This document shows, piece after piece, positions 10,267 to 23,200 of a stretch of 64,000 bases of DNA (position 1 is its first letter; each line of letters opens with the position of its first letter). Source of the stretch: Blastocladiella emersonii ATCC 22665 (Eukaryota; Fungi; Blastocladiomycota). A model generated the notes under the pieces. The model made no database searches, had not been told where the DNA came from, and saw nothing but the letters and a program-made list of their open reading frames with translations. Made by a program: the position numbers and the translations under genes. Location of the stretch: contig JANHCV010000018.1 in NCBI GenBank assembly GCA_025594325.1, positions 149,279 to 213,278 on the forward strand, given 5' to 3'.

Positions 10267-10350
10267 GCCAACCTGCCAGCCTGCCAACCTGCCAGCCTGC
10301 CAGCCTGCCAACCTGCCAACCTGTCAACCTGCCACCTTGCCTACCTGCTA
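10267..10350 (+). repeat. 8-bp minisatellite (CCTGCCAA/CCTGCCAG), present in every unit
   Basis: Directly visible; one extra 8-mer in all units except 1 and 9. Confidence 0.93.
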
Positions 10351-10609
10351 TCCGAACACCCACACCGCCTCGCAAGTCATTGGGGGCCCGCGCTCTCTGG
10401 TTGCCGTCCCAGCCAACAAACGAATGAATGATGAGCCCTGGCAGCCTGGCAGCCTGCCACACTGACAGCCTGACTGACAGCGCCCACCCAGTAGATATTA
10501 TCTATCTCGTAGGTAGTCTGGGACGACTTTGTTAGTCAATACACGACCAGTCTCCTCCTGGCTGCCGGCTCTGCTGTCCACTCCAAGTCCTGCATGATGA
10601 TGGGCCAAG

Positions 10610-11294
10610 GAGGGTTCCGAGCAGCCGCGGCCCAAGCGGCTCTTGTTGCAGATCCCTCCGTCCGACTTTGGTTGCTCGGTTCCCCAAGGCACATTCGGTG
10701 ATGTGACTAGACCAAGGATCGGCGCAGTCGACGCAAGTCCAGTGGCACCAGGTGTTTGCGCGCGGTACTGACCCATCCACTTTCTCTCGTTCTGACCACG
10801 ATGAAACGCATGATCCGCCACTGAATGGCGCTGACGCACAAAAGAAAAAGAAAAAGAAGGAGAAAAACAAAATAAAGAGAAACGCAACAAGAAGAACGTC
10901 CGCACAAAAAGATGGAAAAACATCTGACGAACCTCACAGGCCATGCCCAATACCACAGCACTGCCACTGGTCCATTGGCATGTCCTCGCGCTCTAGCTGG
11001 TCACGCCAGCGTGTCTCTCTGCTCGGTCTCTCTTTACTGCTCTTCGTTCGCTCTCTTAGCTCGCTGCTCGAGCTCGCTCTCTCTTCGCCTCGTTCGCCCA
11101 TCTCTCTCGTACTCCCCTCTCCTCCCACAATTCTTCCCCCTATGCTCCTCGACGTGCACGGTCCGGGCTTGTCGTACTGCGGCTTGCCCACAAAAAGGCT
11201 GCTGCCCGTTGCACAGTGGATATTCTGGTTGCAGTCCACAACCGCAGTTAAGGAATAAATGCATTGGTTCCAAAATAAAGAGGGTTCCGAGCAG
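10610..11294 (+). repeat. 15-bp (16 with an ambiguous C) target-site duplication GAGGGTTCCGAGCAG around each short copy
   Basis: ...GGGCCAAG-GAGGGTTCCGAGCAG-[CCGCGG...AAAATAAA]-GAGGGTTCCGAGCAG-CTCCTC... Confidence 0.93.
10625..11279 (+). mobile_element. 655-bp 3' fragment of the non-LTR element (first of 16 short copies, one per unit; last at 60724-61378)
   Basis: Matches 7305-7959 except one G/A at 7315. Flanked by direct repeat GAGGGTTCCGAGCAG at 10610-10624 and 11280-11294; ends in AATAAA plus an 8-nt A-rich tail. Confidence 0.95.
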
Positions 11295-14200
11295 CTCCTC
11301 TGTCTATCCGCGTGAAACCACTCACCCGCTGACGGACGTACACCGCGCACCGTGCAGCGCGCACAGCACACAGCGCCCGACGCACCCCGCGGTGCGCACA
11401 CGGCGCAAACGGCCACCCTGGTGTCACACACACTCGCATGAACGGCAGGCATGCAAGGCGTCCTCAACTCAACAATGATTTATCATCCAGGCTTGCTACT
11501 CGCTCCAACGGGTGCGCCTGCCTGCCCTCCCGGTGCCGTTGATTGATTGATGGGTGCGCCAGCCCCTGTTGCCAGCCAAGTGGCAAGCAACACCACAGCA
11601 CCTGCGTCGCCCTGGCCACCGTACCTTGGAAACAGCGTAGCAGCCGTACTGCTTCACAGGGCTGCAGAGGGCTGGCTGCGGAGGGCTGAGGCGGCAGGGC
11701 TCCTGCTGCAGGAAGGAGACAGTGCTGGGGCCAAGGAGTGCTAGGGACGACAAACTGAATGGTGAATGACCCACACACCACATGCTCCTGGCAGGAGAGC
11801 GTGTGGGCGTGCGGGCCTGTGTCCGTGCGTGCCTGTGTCCGTGCGTGCCTGGATTAGACCTCCATCACAAGCGCCAAGTGACCAAGTGACCAAGGTGACC
11901 AAGTGACCAAGGTGACCAAGGTGACCACGGTGACCAAGGTGACCAAGTGACACACAAGCACCAAGCTAGGGTGGCCGGGCGGCCATGGAACGTACTGCAT
12001 GGGTACCAATACCGTGGACTGGCCGCGGCCATTAATCGCAGCACAGCCCTGCCTGGCTCAGGACGCGGCGGGCGTGGGAGGCGGGCAGGGTAGATAGGTA
12101 GCAGCAGCAGGACCTGGCTAGCTGGCTGTCAAACAGCACGAGTGAAGGGGTGCGTGAGGGAGGGTGTGTTGAATGAATGGATGGGTGGATGCAGGCAGAC
12201 CTTCATACGTGTCGTGCGTGATGAGGATTGGCTGGCCACCATCCACCCACCAACGCCATGGCATGGCTGCGGGTGTCGCTGCGTGCGCCTTGGCGGGTGG
12301 TGTTGGTGGGTGGTGTTGGTGGGTGCTGTGGTGGTAGTGGAGCTAAAGTGGTGTCGTGGGGCTCTTGGGGTCCCCTTTCCTTCCTGTCTGGCCTAGGTGG
12401 GTGGGTGGGTGGGCGGACGTAGCGCGCATGCGGGCGGGCAAGCTAGGAACGTTGCTCACGCAATGGATCATGTATTTCATGGAACGTAGTCTGGACAGCA
12501 GAGAGGGGGATGTCCGGCCCAATCGGACCCTCCACGAATCACAATATGCACGCAATGAATTGACCGATGATAGGGCCGTACCAAACCAGCCACGTAGACA
12601 ATTGTCATGGTAGTCGAACAAAACCATATTCAAATCTTTGACTACACGCTTGTCCAGCTAGCCAGGGACCCATAAATCACAGTATCGACCCAACTAAATA
12701 TTTGACAACGGAAAGATAATAAACCAGCCTCGTACATAATTGTCATGGTACTCAAACAAAACCATAGTCAAATCTTTGACCTCCCGCATGCCCATGTGGG
12801 CAAGGACCTATAGATCAGAGTATCGTACCAAGAAAATATCTGACCATGGAAATATAGTATACCAGCCACGTAGGTAATTGTCATGGCACTCAAACAAAAC
12901 CATAGTCAAGTCTTTGACTATTCACAGGTCCAGCTGGTTAAGGACCCATAAATCGTAACGTCAAAGCAACAGTATATCTGACCATAGAAGTATAGTAAAC
13001 CAGCCACTCTGGCAACTGTCATGGTACTCAAACAAAACCATACTCAAATCTTCGACTTCCCACATGTCCAGCAGGTTGGACACCCATAAATCACAGTATC
13101 AAACCAACGAAATATCTGACCACATGAGTATATATAACCGACCGCGTAGGTAATTGTCTTGATACTCAAACAAAACCATATTCAAATCTTTCACTTCCCG
13201 CTTGTCCAGCTAGCCAGGGACCCATAAATCACAGTATCACAGCAACGCAATATCTGACCAAAGAAATATCGTAAACCAGGCACGTAGATAATTGTCATGG
13301 TACTCAAACAAAACCATAGTCAAATCTTCGAGTGCCCCATGTCCAGGTGGGCAAGGGCCTATAAATCACAGTATTGAACCAAGAAAACACCTGACTGACG
13401 ATCGGGATGTATCAAACCCGCCACGCTGATAATTGTCATGGTACTCAAACATAACCATACTCAGCCAAATCTTCGCATACCCTCACGTCCAGGTGGGCGA
13501 GGAACCAAAGCGCCAGATATTCAAATCTACCGCTTTGTGCACACTCCACTAGCCAACTCTTCGATCCCCTAATAATGGAGCCCGTCGTCAAAGTGCACGG
13601 TCCAATCAACTAAGTAAACAGCCAACCTGCCAGCCTGCCAACCTGCCAGCCTGCCAGCCTGCCAGCCTGCCAACCTGCCAACCTGTCAACCTGCCACCTT
13701 GCCTACCTGCTATCCGAACACCCACACCGCCTCGCAAGTCATTGGGGGCCCGCGCTCTCTGGTTGCCGTCCCAGCCAACAAACGAATGAATGATGAGCCC
13801 TGGCAGCCTGGCAGCCTGCCACACTGACAGCCTGACTGACAGCGCCCACCCAGTAGATATTATCTATCTCGTAGGTAGTCTGGGACGACTTTGTTAGTCA
13901 ATACACGACCAGTCTCCTCCTGGCTGCCGGCTCTGCTGTCCACTCCAAGTCCTGCATGATGATGGGCCAAGGAGGGTTCCGAGCAGCCGCGGCCCAAGCG
14001 GCTCTTGTTGCAGATCCCTCCGTCCGACTTTGGTTGCTCGGTTCCCCAAGGCACATTCGGTGATGTGACTAGACCAAGGATCGGCGCAGTCGACGCAAGT
14101 CCAGTGGCACCAGGTGTTTGCGCGCGGTACTGACCCATCCACTTTCTCTCGTTCTGACCACGATGAAACGCATGATCCGCCACTGAATGGCGCTGACGCA

Positions 14201-17200
14201 CAAAAGAAAAAGAAAAAGAAGGAGAAAAACAAAATAAAGAGAAACGCAACAAGAAGAACGTCCGCACAAAAAGATGGAAAAACATCTGACGAACCTCACA
14301 GGCCATGCCCAATACCACAGCACTGCCACTGGTCCATTGGCATGTCCTCGCGCTCTAGCTGGTCACGCCAGCGTGTCTCTCTGCTCGGTCTCTCTTTACT
14401 GCTCTTCGTTCGCTCTCTTAGCTCGCTGCTCGAGCTCGCTCTCTCTTCGCCTCGTTCGCCCATCTCTCTCGTACTCCCCTCTCCTCCCACAATTCTTCCC
14501 CCTATGCTCCTCGACGTGCACGGTCCGGGCTTGTCGTACTGCGGCTTGCCCACAAAAAGGCTGCTGCCCGTTGCACAGTGGATATTCTGGTTGCAGTCCA
14601 CAACCGCAGTTAAGGAATAAATGCATTGGTTCCAAAAAAAAGAGGGTTCCGAGCAGCTCCTCTGTCTATCCGCGTGAAACCACTCACCCGCTGACGGACG
14701 TACACCGCGCACCGTGCAGCGCGCACAGCACACAGCGCCCGACGCACCCCGCGGTGCGCACACGGCGCAAACGGCCACCCTGGTGTCACACACACTCGCA
14801 TGAACGGCAGGCATGCAAGGCGTCCTCAACTCAACAATGATTTATCATCCAGGCTTGCTACTCGCTCCAACGGGTGCGCCTGCCTGCCCTCCCGGTGCCG
14901 TTGATTGATTGATGGGTGCGCCAGCCCCTGTTGCCAGCCAAGTGGCAAGCAACACCACAGCACCTGCGTCGCCCTGGCCACCGTACCTTGGAAACAGCGT
15001 AGCAGCCGTACTGCTTCACAGGGCTGCAGAGGGCTGGCTGCGGAGGGCTGAGGCGGCAGGGCTCCTGCTGCAGGAAGGAGACAGTGCTGGGGCCAAGGAG
15101 TGCTAGGGACGACAAACTGAATGGTGAATGACCCACACACCACATGCTCCTGGCAGGAGAGCGTGTGGGCGTGCGGGCCTGTGTCCGTGCGTGCCTGTGT
15201 CCGTGCGTGCCTGGATTAGACCTCCATCACAAGCGCCAAGTGACCAAGTGACCAAGGTGACCAAGTGACCAAGGTGACCAAGGTGACCACGGTGACCAAG
15301 GTGACCAAGTGACACACAAGCACCAAGCTAGGGTGGCCGGGCGGCCATGGAACGTACTGCATGGGTACCAATACCGTGGACTGGCCGCGGCCATTAATCG
15401 CAGCACAGCCCTGCCTGGCTCAGGACGCGGCGGGCGTGGGAGGCGGGCAGGGTAGATAGGTAGCAGCAGCAGGACCTGGCTAGCTGGCTGTCAAACAGCA
15501 CGAGTGAAGGGGTGCGTGAGGGAGGGTGTGTTGAATGAATGGATGGGTGGATGCAGGCAGACCTTCATACGTGTCGTGCGTGATGAGGATTGGCTGGCCA
15601 CCATCCACCCACCAACGCCATGGCATGGCTGCGGGTGTCGCTGCGTGCGCCTTGGCGGGTGGTGTTGGTGGGTGGTGTTGGTGGGTGCTGTGGTGGTAGT
15701 GGAGCTAAAGTGGTGTCGTGGGGCTCTTGGGGTCCCCTTTCCTTCCTGTCTGGCCTAGGTGGGTGGGTGGGTGGGCGGACGTAGCGCGCATGCGGGCGGG
15801 CAAGCTAGGAACGTTGCTCACGCAATGGATCATGTATTTCATGGAACGTAGTCTGGACAGCAGAGAGGGGGATGTCCGGCCCAATCGGACCCTCCACGAA
15901 TCACAATATGCACGCAATGAATTGACCGATGATAGGGCCGTACCAAACCAGCCACGTAGACAATTGTCATGGTAGTCGAACAAAACCATATTCAAATCTT
16001 TGACTACACGCTTGTCCAGCTAGCCAGGGACCCATAAATCACAGTATCGACCCAACTAAATATTTGACAACGGAAAGATAATAAACCAGCCTCGTACATA
16101 ATTGTCATGGTACTCAAACAAAACCATAGTCAAATCTTTGACCTCCCGCATGCCCATGTGGGCAAGGACCTATAGATCAGAGTATCGTACCAAGAAAATA
16201 TCTGACCATGGAAATATAGTATACCAGCCACGTAGGTAATTGTCATGGCACTCAAACAAAACCATAGTCAAGTCTTTGACTATTCACAGGTCCAGCTGGT
16301 TAAGGACCCATAAATCGTAACGTCAAAGCAACAGTATATCTGACCATAGAAGTATAGTAAACCAGCCACTCTGGCAACTGTCATGGTACTCAAACAAAAC
16401 CATACTCAAATCTTCGACTTCCCACATGTCCAGCAGGTTGGACACCCATAAATCACAGTATCAAACCAACGAAATATCTGACCACATGAGTATATATAAC
16501 CGACCGCGTAGGTAATTGTCTTGATACTCAAACAAAACCATATTCAAATCTTTCACTTCCCGCTTGTCCAGCTAGCCAGGGACCCATAAATCACAGTATC
16601 ACAGCAACGCAATATCTGACCAAAGAAATATCGTAAACCAGGCACGTAGATAATTGTCATGGTACTCAAACAAAACCATAGTCAAATCTTCGAGTGCCCC
16701 ATGTCCAGGTGGGCAAGGGCCTATAAATCACAGTATTGAACCAAGAAAACACCTGACTGACGATCGGGATGTATCAAACCCGCCACGCTGATAATTGTCA
16801 TGGTACTCAAACATAACCATACTCAGCCAAATCTTCGCATACCCTCACGTCCAGGTGGGCGAGGAACCAAAGCGCCAGATATTCAAATCTACCGCTTTGT
16901 GCACACTCCACTAGCCAACTCTTCGATCCCCTAATAATGGAGCCCGTCGTCAAAGTGCACGGTCCAATCAACTAAGTAAACAGCCAACCTGCCAGCCTGC
17001 CAACCTGCCAGCCTGCCAGCCTGCCAGCCTGCCAACCTGCCAACCTGTCAACCTGCCACCTTGCCTACCTGCTATCCGAACACCCACACCGCCTCGCAAG
17101 TCATTGGGGGCCCGCGCTCTCTGGTTGCCGTCCCAGCCAACAAACGAATGAATGATGAGCCCTGGCAGCCTGGCAGCCTGCCACACTGACAGCCTGACTG

Positions 17201-20200
17201 ACAGCGCCCACCCAGTAGATATTATCTATCTCGTAGGTAGTCTGGGACGACTTTGTTAGTCAATACACGACCAGTCTCCTCCTGGCTGCCGGCTCTGCTG
17301 TCCACTCCAAGTCCTGCATGATGATGGGCCAAGGAGGGTTCCGAGCAGCCGCGGCCCAAGCGGCTCTTGTTGCAGATCCCTCCGTCCGACTTTGGTTGCT
17401 CGGTTCCCCAAGGCACATTCGGTGATGTGACTAGACCAAGGATCGGCGCAGTCGACGCAAGTCCAGTGGCACCAGGTGTTTGCGCGCGGTACTGACCCAT
17501 CCACTTTCTCTCGTTCTGACCACGATGAAACGCATGATCCGCCACTGAATGGCGCTGACGCACAAAAGAAAAAGAAAAAGAAGGAGAAAAACAAAATAAA
17601 GAGAAACGCAACAAGAAGAACGTCCGCACAAAAAGATGGAAAAACATCTGACGAACCTCACAGGCCATGCCCAATACCACAGCACTGCCACTGGTCCATT
17701 GGCATGTCCTCGCGCTCTAGCTGGTCACGCCAGCGTGTCTCTCTGCTCGGTCTCTCTTTACTGCTCTTCGTTCGCTCTCTTAGCTCGCTGCTCGAGCTCG
17801 CTCTCTCTTCGCCTCGTTCGCCCATCTCTCTCGTACTCCCCTCTCCTCCCACAATTCTTCCCCCTATGCTCCTCGACGTGCACGGTCCGGGCTTGTCGTA
17901 CTGCGGCTTGCCCACAAAAAGGCTGCTGCCCGTTGCACAGTGGATATTCTGGTTGCAGTCCACAACCGCAGTTAAGGAATAAATGCATTGGTTCCAAAAT
18001 AAAGAGGGTTCCGAGCAGCTCCTCTGTCTATCCGCGTGAAACCACTCACCCGCTGACGGACGTACACCGCGCACCGTGCAGCGCGCACAGCACACAGCGC
18101 CCGACGCACCCCGCGGTGCGCACACGGCGCAAACGGCCACCCTGGTGTCACACACACTCGCATGAACGGCAGGCATGCAAGGCGTCCTCAACTCAACAAT
18201 GATTTATCATCCAGGCTTGCTACTCGCTCCAACGGGTGCGCCTGCCTGCCCTCCCGGTGCCGTTGATTGATTGATGGGTGCGCCAGCCCCTGTTGCCAGC
18301 CAAGTGGCAAGCAACACCACAGCACCTGCGTCGCCCTGGCCACCGTACCTTGGAAACAGCGTAGCAGCCGTACTGCTTCACAGGGCTGCAGAGGGCTGGC
18401 TGCGGAGGGCTGAGGCGGCAGGGCTCCTGCTGCAGGAAGGAGACAGTGCTGGGGCCAAGGAGTGCTAGGGACGACAAACTGAATGGTGAATGACCCACAC
18501 ACCACATGCTCCTGGCAGGAGAGCGTGTGGGCGTGCGGGCCTGTGTCCGTGCGTGCCTGTGTCCGTGCGTGCCTGGATTAGACCTCCATCACAAGCGCCA
18601 AGTGACCAAGTGACCAAGGTGACCAAGTGACCAAGGTGACCAAGGTGACCACGGTGACCAAGGTGACCAAGTGACACACAAGCACCAAGCTAGGGTGGCC
18701 GGGCGGCCATGGAACGTACTGCATGGGTACCAATACCGTGGACTGGCCGCGGCCATTAATCGCAGCACAGCCCTGCCTGGCTCAGGACGCGGCGGGCGTG
18801 GGAGGCGGGCAGGGTAGATAGGTAGCAGCAGCAGGACCTGGCTAGCTGGCTGTCAAACAGCACGAGTGAAGGGGTGCGTGAGGGAGGGTGTGTTGAATGA
18901 ATGGATGGGTGGATGCAGGCAGACCTTCATACGTGTCGTGCGTGATGAGGATTGGCTGGCCACCATCCACCCACCAACGCCATGGCATGGCTGCGGGTGT
19001 CGCTGCGTGCGCCTTGGCGGGTGGTGTTGGTGGGTGGTGTTGGTGGGTGCTGTGGTGGTAGTGGAGCTAAAGTGGTGTCGTGGGGCTCTTGGGGTCCCCT
19101 TTCCTTCCTGTCTGGCCTAGGTGGGTGGGTGGGTGGGCGGACGTAGCGCGCATGCGGGCGGGCAAGCTAGGAACGTTGCTCACGCAATGGATCATGTATT
19201 TCATGGAACGTAGTCTGGACAGCAGAGAGGGGGATGTCCGGCCCAATCGGACCCTCCACGAATCACAATATGCACGCAATGAATTGACCGATGATAGGGC
19301 CGTACCAAACCAGCCACGTAGACAATTGTCATGGTAGTCGAACAAAACCATATTCAAATCTTTGACTACACGCTTGTCCAGCTAGCCAGGGACCCATAAA
19401 TCACAGTATCGACCCAACTAAATATTTGACAACGGAAAGATAATAAACCAGCCTCGTACATAATTGTCATGGTACTCAAACAAAACCATAGTCAAATCTT
19501 TGACCTCCCGCATGCCCATGTGGGCAAGGACCTATAGATCAGAGTATCGTACCAAGAAAATATCTGACCATGGAAATATAGTATACCAGCCACGTAGGTA
19601 ATTGTCATGGCACTCAAACAAAACCATAGTCAAGTCTTTGACTATTCACAGGTCCAGCTGGTTAAGGACCCATAAATCGTAACGTCAAAGCAACAGTATA
19701 TCTGACCATAGAAGTATAGTAAACCAGCCACTCTGGCAACTGTCATGGTACTCAAACAAAACCATACTCAAATCTTCGACTTCCCACATGTCCAGCAGGT
19801 TGGACACCCATAAATCACAGTATCAAACCAACGAAATATCTGACCACATGAGTATATATAACCGACCGCGTAGGTAATTGTCTTGATACTCAAACAAAAC
19901 CATATTCAAATCTTTCACTTCCCGCTTGTCCAGCTAGCCAGGGACCCATAAATCACAGTATCACAGCAACGCAATATCTGACCAAAGAAATATCGTAAAC
20001 CAGGCACGTAGATAATTGTCATGGTACTCAAACAAAACCATAGTCAAATCTTCGAGTGCCCCATGTCCAGGTGGGCAAGGGCCTATAAATCACAGTATTG
20101 AACCAAGAAAACACCTGACTGACGATCGGGATGTATCAAACCCGCCACGCTGATAATTGTCATGGTACTCAAACATAACCATACTCAGCCAAATCTTCGC

Positions 20201-23200
20201 ATACCCTCACGTCCAGGTGGGCGAGGAACCAAAGCGCCAGATATTCAAATCTACCGCTTTGTGCACACTCCACTAGCCAACTCTTCGATCCCCTAATAAT
20301 GGAGCCCGTCGTCAAAGTGCACGGTCCAATCAACTAAGTAAACAGCCAACCTGCCAGCCTGCCAACCTGCCAGCCTGCCAGCCTGCCAGCCTGCCAACCT
20401 GCCAACCTGTCAACCTGCCACCTTGCCTACCTGCTATCCGAACACCCACACCGCCTCGCAAGTCATTGGGGGCCCGCGCTCTCTGGTTGCCGTCCCAGCC
20501 AACAAACGAATGAATGATGAGCCCTGGCAGCCTGGCAGCCTGCCACACTGACAGCCTGACTGACAGCGCCCACCCAGTAGATATTATCTATCTCGTAGGT
20601 AGTCTGGGACGACTTTGTTAGTCAATACACGACCAGTCTCCTCCTGGCTGCCGGCTCTGCTGTCCACTCCAAGTCCTGCATGATGATGGGCCAAGGAGGG
20701 TTCCGAGCAGCCGCGGCCCAAGCGGCTCTTGTTGCAGATCCCTCCGTCCGACTTTGGTTGCTCGGTTCCCCAAGGCACATTCGGTGATGTGACTAGACCA
20801 AGGATCGGCGCAGTCGACGCAAGTCCAGTGGCACCAGGTGTTTGCGCGCGGTACTGACCCATCCACTTTCTCTCGTTCTGACCACGATGAAACGCATGAT
20901 CCGCCACTGAATGGCGCTGACGCACAAAAGAAAAAGAAAAAGAAGGAGAAAAACAAAATAAAGAGAAACGCAACAAGAAGAACGTCCGCACAAAAAGATG
21001 GAAAAACATCTGACGAACCTCACAGGCCATGCCCAATACCACAGCACTGCCACTGGTCCATTGGCATGTCCTCGCGCTCTAGCTGGTCACGCCAGCGTGT
21101 CTCTCTGCTCGGTCTCTCTTTACTGCTCTTCGTTCGCTCTCTTAGCTCGCTGCTCGAGCTCGCTCTCTCTTCGCCTCGTTCGCCCATCTCTCTCGTACTC
21201 CCCTCTCCTCCCACAATTCTTCCCCCTATGCTCCTCGACGTGCACGGTCCGGGCTTGTCGTACTGCGGCTTGCCCACAAAAAGGCTGCTGCCCGTTGCAC
21301 AGTGGATATTCTGGTTGCAGTCCACAACCGCAGTTAAGGAATAAATGCATTGGTTCCAAAAAAAAGAGGGTTCCGAGCAGCTCCTCTGTCTATCCGCGTG
21401 AAACCACTCACCCGCTGACGGACGTACACCGCGCACCGTGCAGCGCGCACAGCACACAGCGCCCGACGCACCCCGCGGTGCGCACACGGCGCAAACGGCC
21501 ACCCTGGTGTCACACACACTCGCATGAACGGCAGGCATGCAAGGCGTCCTCAACTCAACAATGATTTATCATCCAGGCTTGCTACTCGCTCCAACGGGTG
21601 CGCCTGCCTGCCCTCCCGGTGCCGTTGATTGATTGATGGGTGCGCCAGCCCCTGTTGCCAGCCAAGTGGCAAGCAACACCACAGCACCTGCGTCGCCCTG
21701 GCCACCGTACCTTGGAAACAGCGTAGCAGCCGTACTGCTTCACAGGGCTGCAGAGGGCTGGCTGCGGAGGGCTGAGGCGGCAGGGCTCCTGCTGCAGGAA
21801 GGAGACAGTGCTGGGGCCAAGGAGTGCTAGGGACGACAAACTGAATGGTGAATGACCCACACACCACATGCTCCTGGCAGGAGAGCGTGTGGGCGTGCGG
21901 GCCTGTGTCCGTGCGTGCCTGTGTCCGTGCGTGCCTGGATTAGACCTCCATCACAAGCGCCAAGTGACCAAGTGACCAAGGTGACCAAGTGACCAAGGTG
22001 ACCAAGGTGACCACGGTGACCAAGGTGACCAAGTGACACACAAGCACCAAGCTAGGGTGGCCGGGCGGCCATGGAACGTACTGCATGGGTACCAATACCG
22101 TGGACTGGCCGCGGCCATTAATCGCAGCACAGCCCTGCCTGGCTCAGGACGCGGCGGGCGTGGGAGGCGGGCAGGGTAGATAGGTAGCAGCAGCAGGACC
22201 TGGCTAGCTGGCTGTCAAACAGCACGAGTGAAGGGGTGCGTGAGGGAGGGTGTGTTGAATGAATGGATGGGTGGATGCAGGCAGACCTTCATACGTGTCG
22301 TGCGTGATGAGGATTGGCTGGCCACCATCCACCCACCAACGCCATGGCATGGCTGCGGGTGTCGCTGCGTGCGCCTTGGCGGGTGGTGTTGGTGGGTGGT
22401 GTTGGTGGGTGCTGTGGTGGTAGTGGAGCTAAAGTGGTGTCGTGGGGCTCTTGGGGTCCCCTTTCCTTCCTGTCTGGCCTAGGTGGGTGGGTGGGTGGGC
22501 GGACGTAGCGCGCATGCGGGCGGGCAAGCTAGGAACGTTGCTCACGCAATGGATCATGTATTTCATGGAACGTAGTCTGGACAGCAGAGAGGGGGATGTC
22601 CGGCCCAATCGGACCCTCCACGAATCACAATATGCACGCAATGAATTGACCGATGATAGGGCCGTACCAAACCAGCCACGTAGACAATTGTCATGGTAGT
22701 CGAACAAAACCATATTCAAATCTTTGACTACACGCTTGTCCAGCTAGCCAGGGACCCATAAATCACAGTATCGACCCAACTAAATATTTGACAACGGAAA
22801 GATAATAAACCAGCCTCGTACATAATTGTCATGGTACTCAAACAAAACCATAGTCAAATCTTTGACCTCCCGCATGCCCATGTGGGCAAGGACCTATAGA
22901 TCAGAGTATCGTACCAAGAAAATATCTGACCATGGAAATATAGTATACCAGCCACGTAGGTAATTGTCATGGCACTCAAACAAAACCATAGTCAAGTCTT
23001 TGACTATTCACAGGTCCAGCTGGTTAAGGACCCATAAATCGTAACGTCAAAGCAACAGTATATCTGACCATAGAAGTATAGTAAACCAGCCACTCTGGCA
23101 ACTGTCATGGTACTCAAACAAAACCATACTCAAATCTTCGACTTCCCACATGTCCAGCAGGTTGGACACCCATAAATCACAGTATCAAACCAACGAAATA

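Larger units (their letters stand above)
10518..11325 (-). other. Candidate spliceosomal intron of an unidentified minus-strand transcript, containing the retro fragment in antisense
   Basis: Donor GTGAGT (11325-11320), branch GACTAAC (10537-10531), acceptor CAG (10520-10518); 138 nt long once insert and one TSD are removed. Confidence 0.45.
10587..11337 (+). ncRNA. Candidate box C/D snoRNA-like sequence (about 81 nt when rejoined) split by the retro insertion
   Basis: GTCC(T)G-C-ATGATGA (box C, 10594-10600) ... CTGA (box D, 11329-11332)-CGGAC with a terminal stem; internal hairpin AGGAG/CTCCT encloses the target site. No rRNA target identified. Confidence 0.3.

Noticed and set aside
9138-10580. 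12-bp perfect inverted repeat TGGACAGCAGAG / CTCTGCTGTCCA flanking the subarray, as possible MITE TIRs
   Set aside because: Does not extend, has no flanking TSD, and a 12-bp match is expected by chance in a 2.6-kb unit (expectation about 0.4).
7960-10609. rDNA, 5S, tRNA, spliceosomal snRNA, SL or SRP RNA gene as the core of the unit
   Set aside because: No conserved signatures found by eye on either strand. ATTCAAATC resembles a B box but there is no cloverleaf; the GAGCAG near the target lacks the SRP GNRA loop. An Infernal/Rfam scan would be decisive.
10518-10624. Candidate intron length (138 nt) equals the subrepeat period, with faint similarity (GTTAGTCAATACACGACCA versus GGTAGTCGAACAAAACCA)
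   Set aside because: Similarity is patchy and does not extend; cannot be distinguished from coincidence without a profile alignment.
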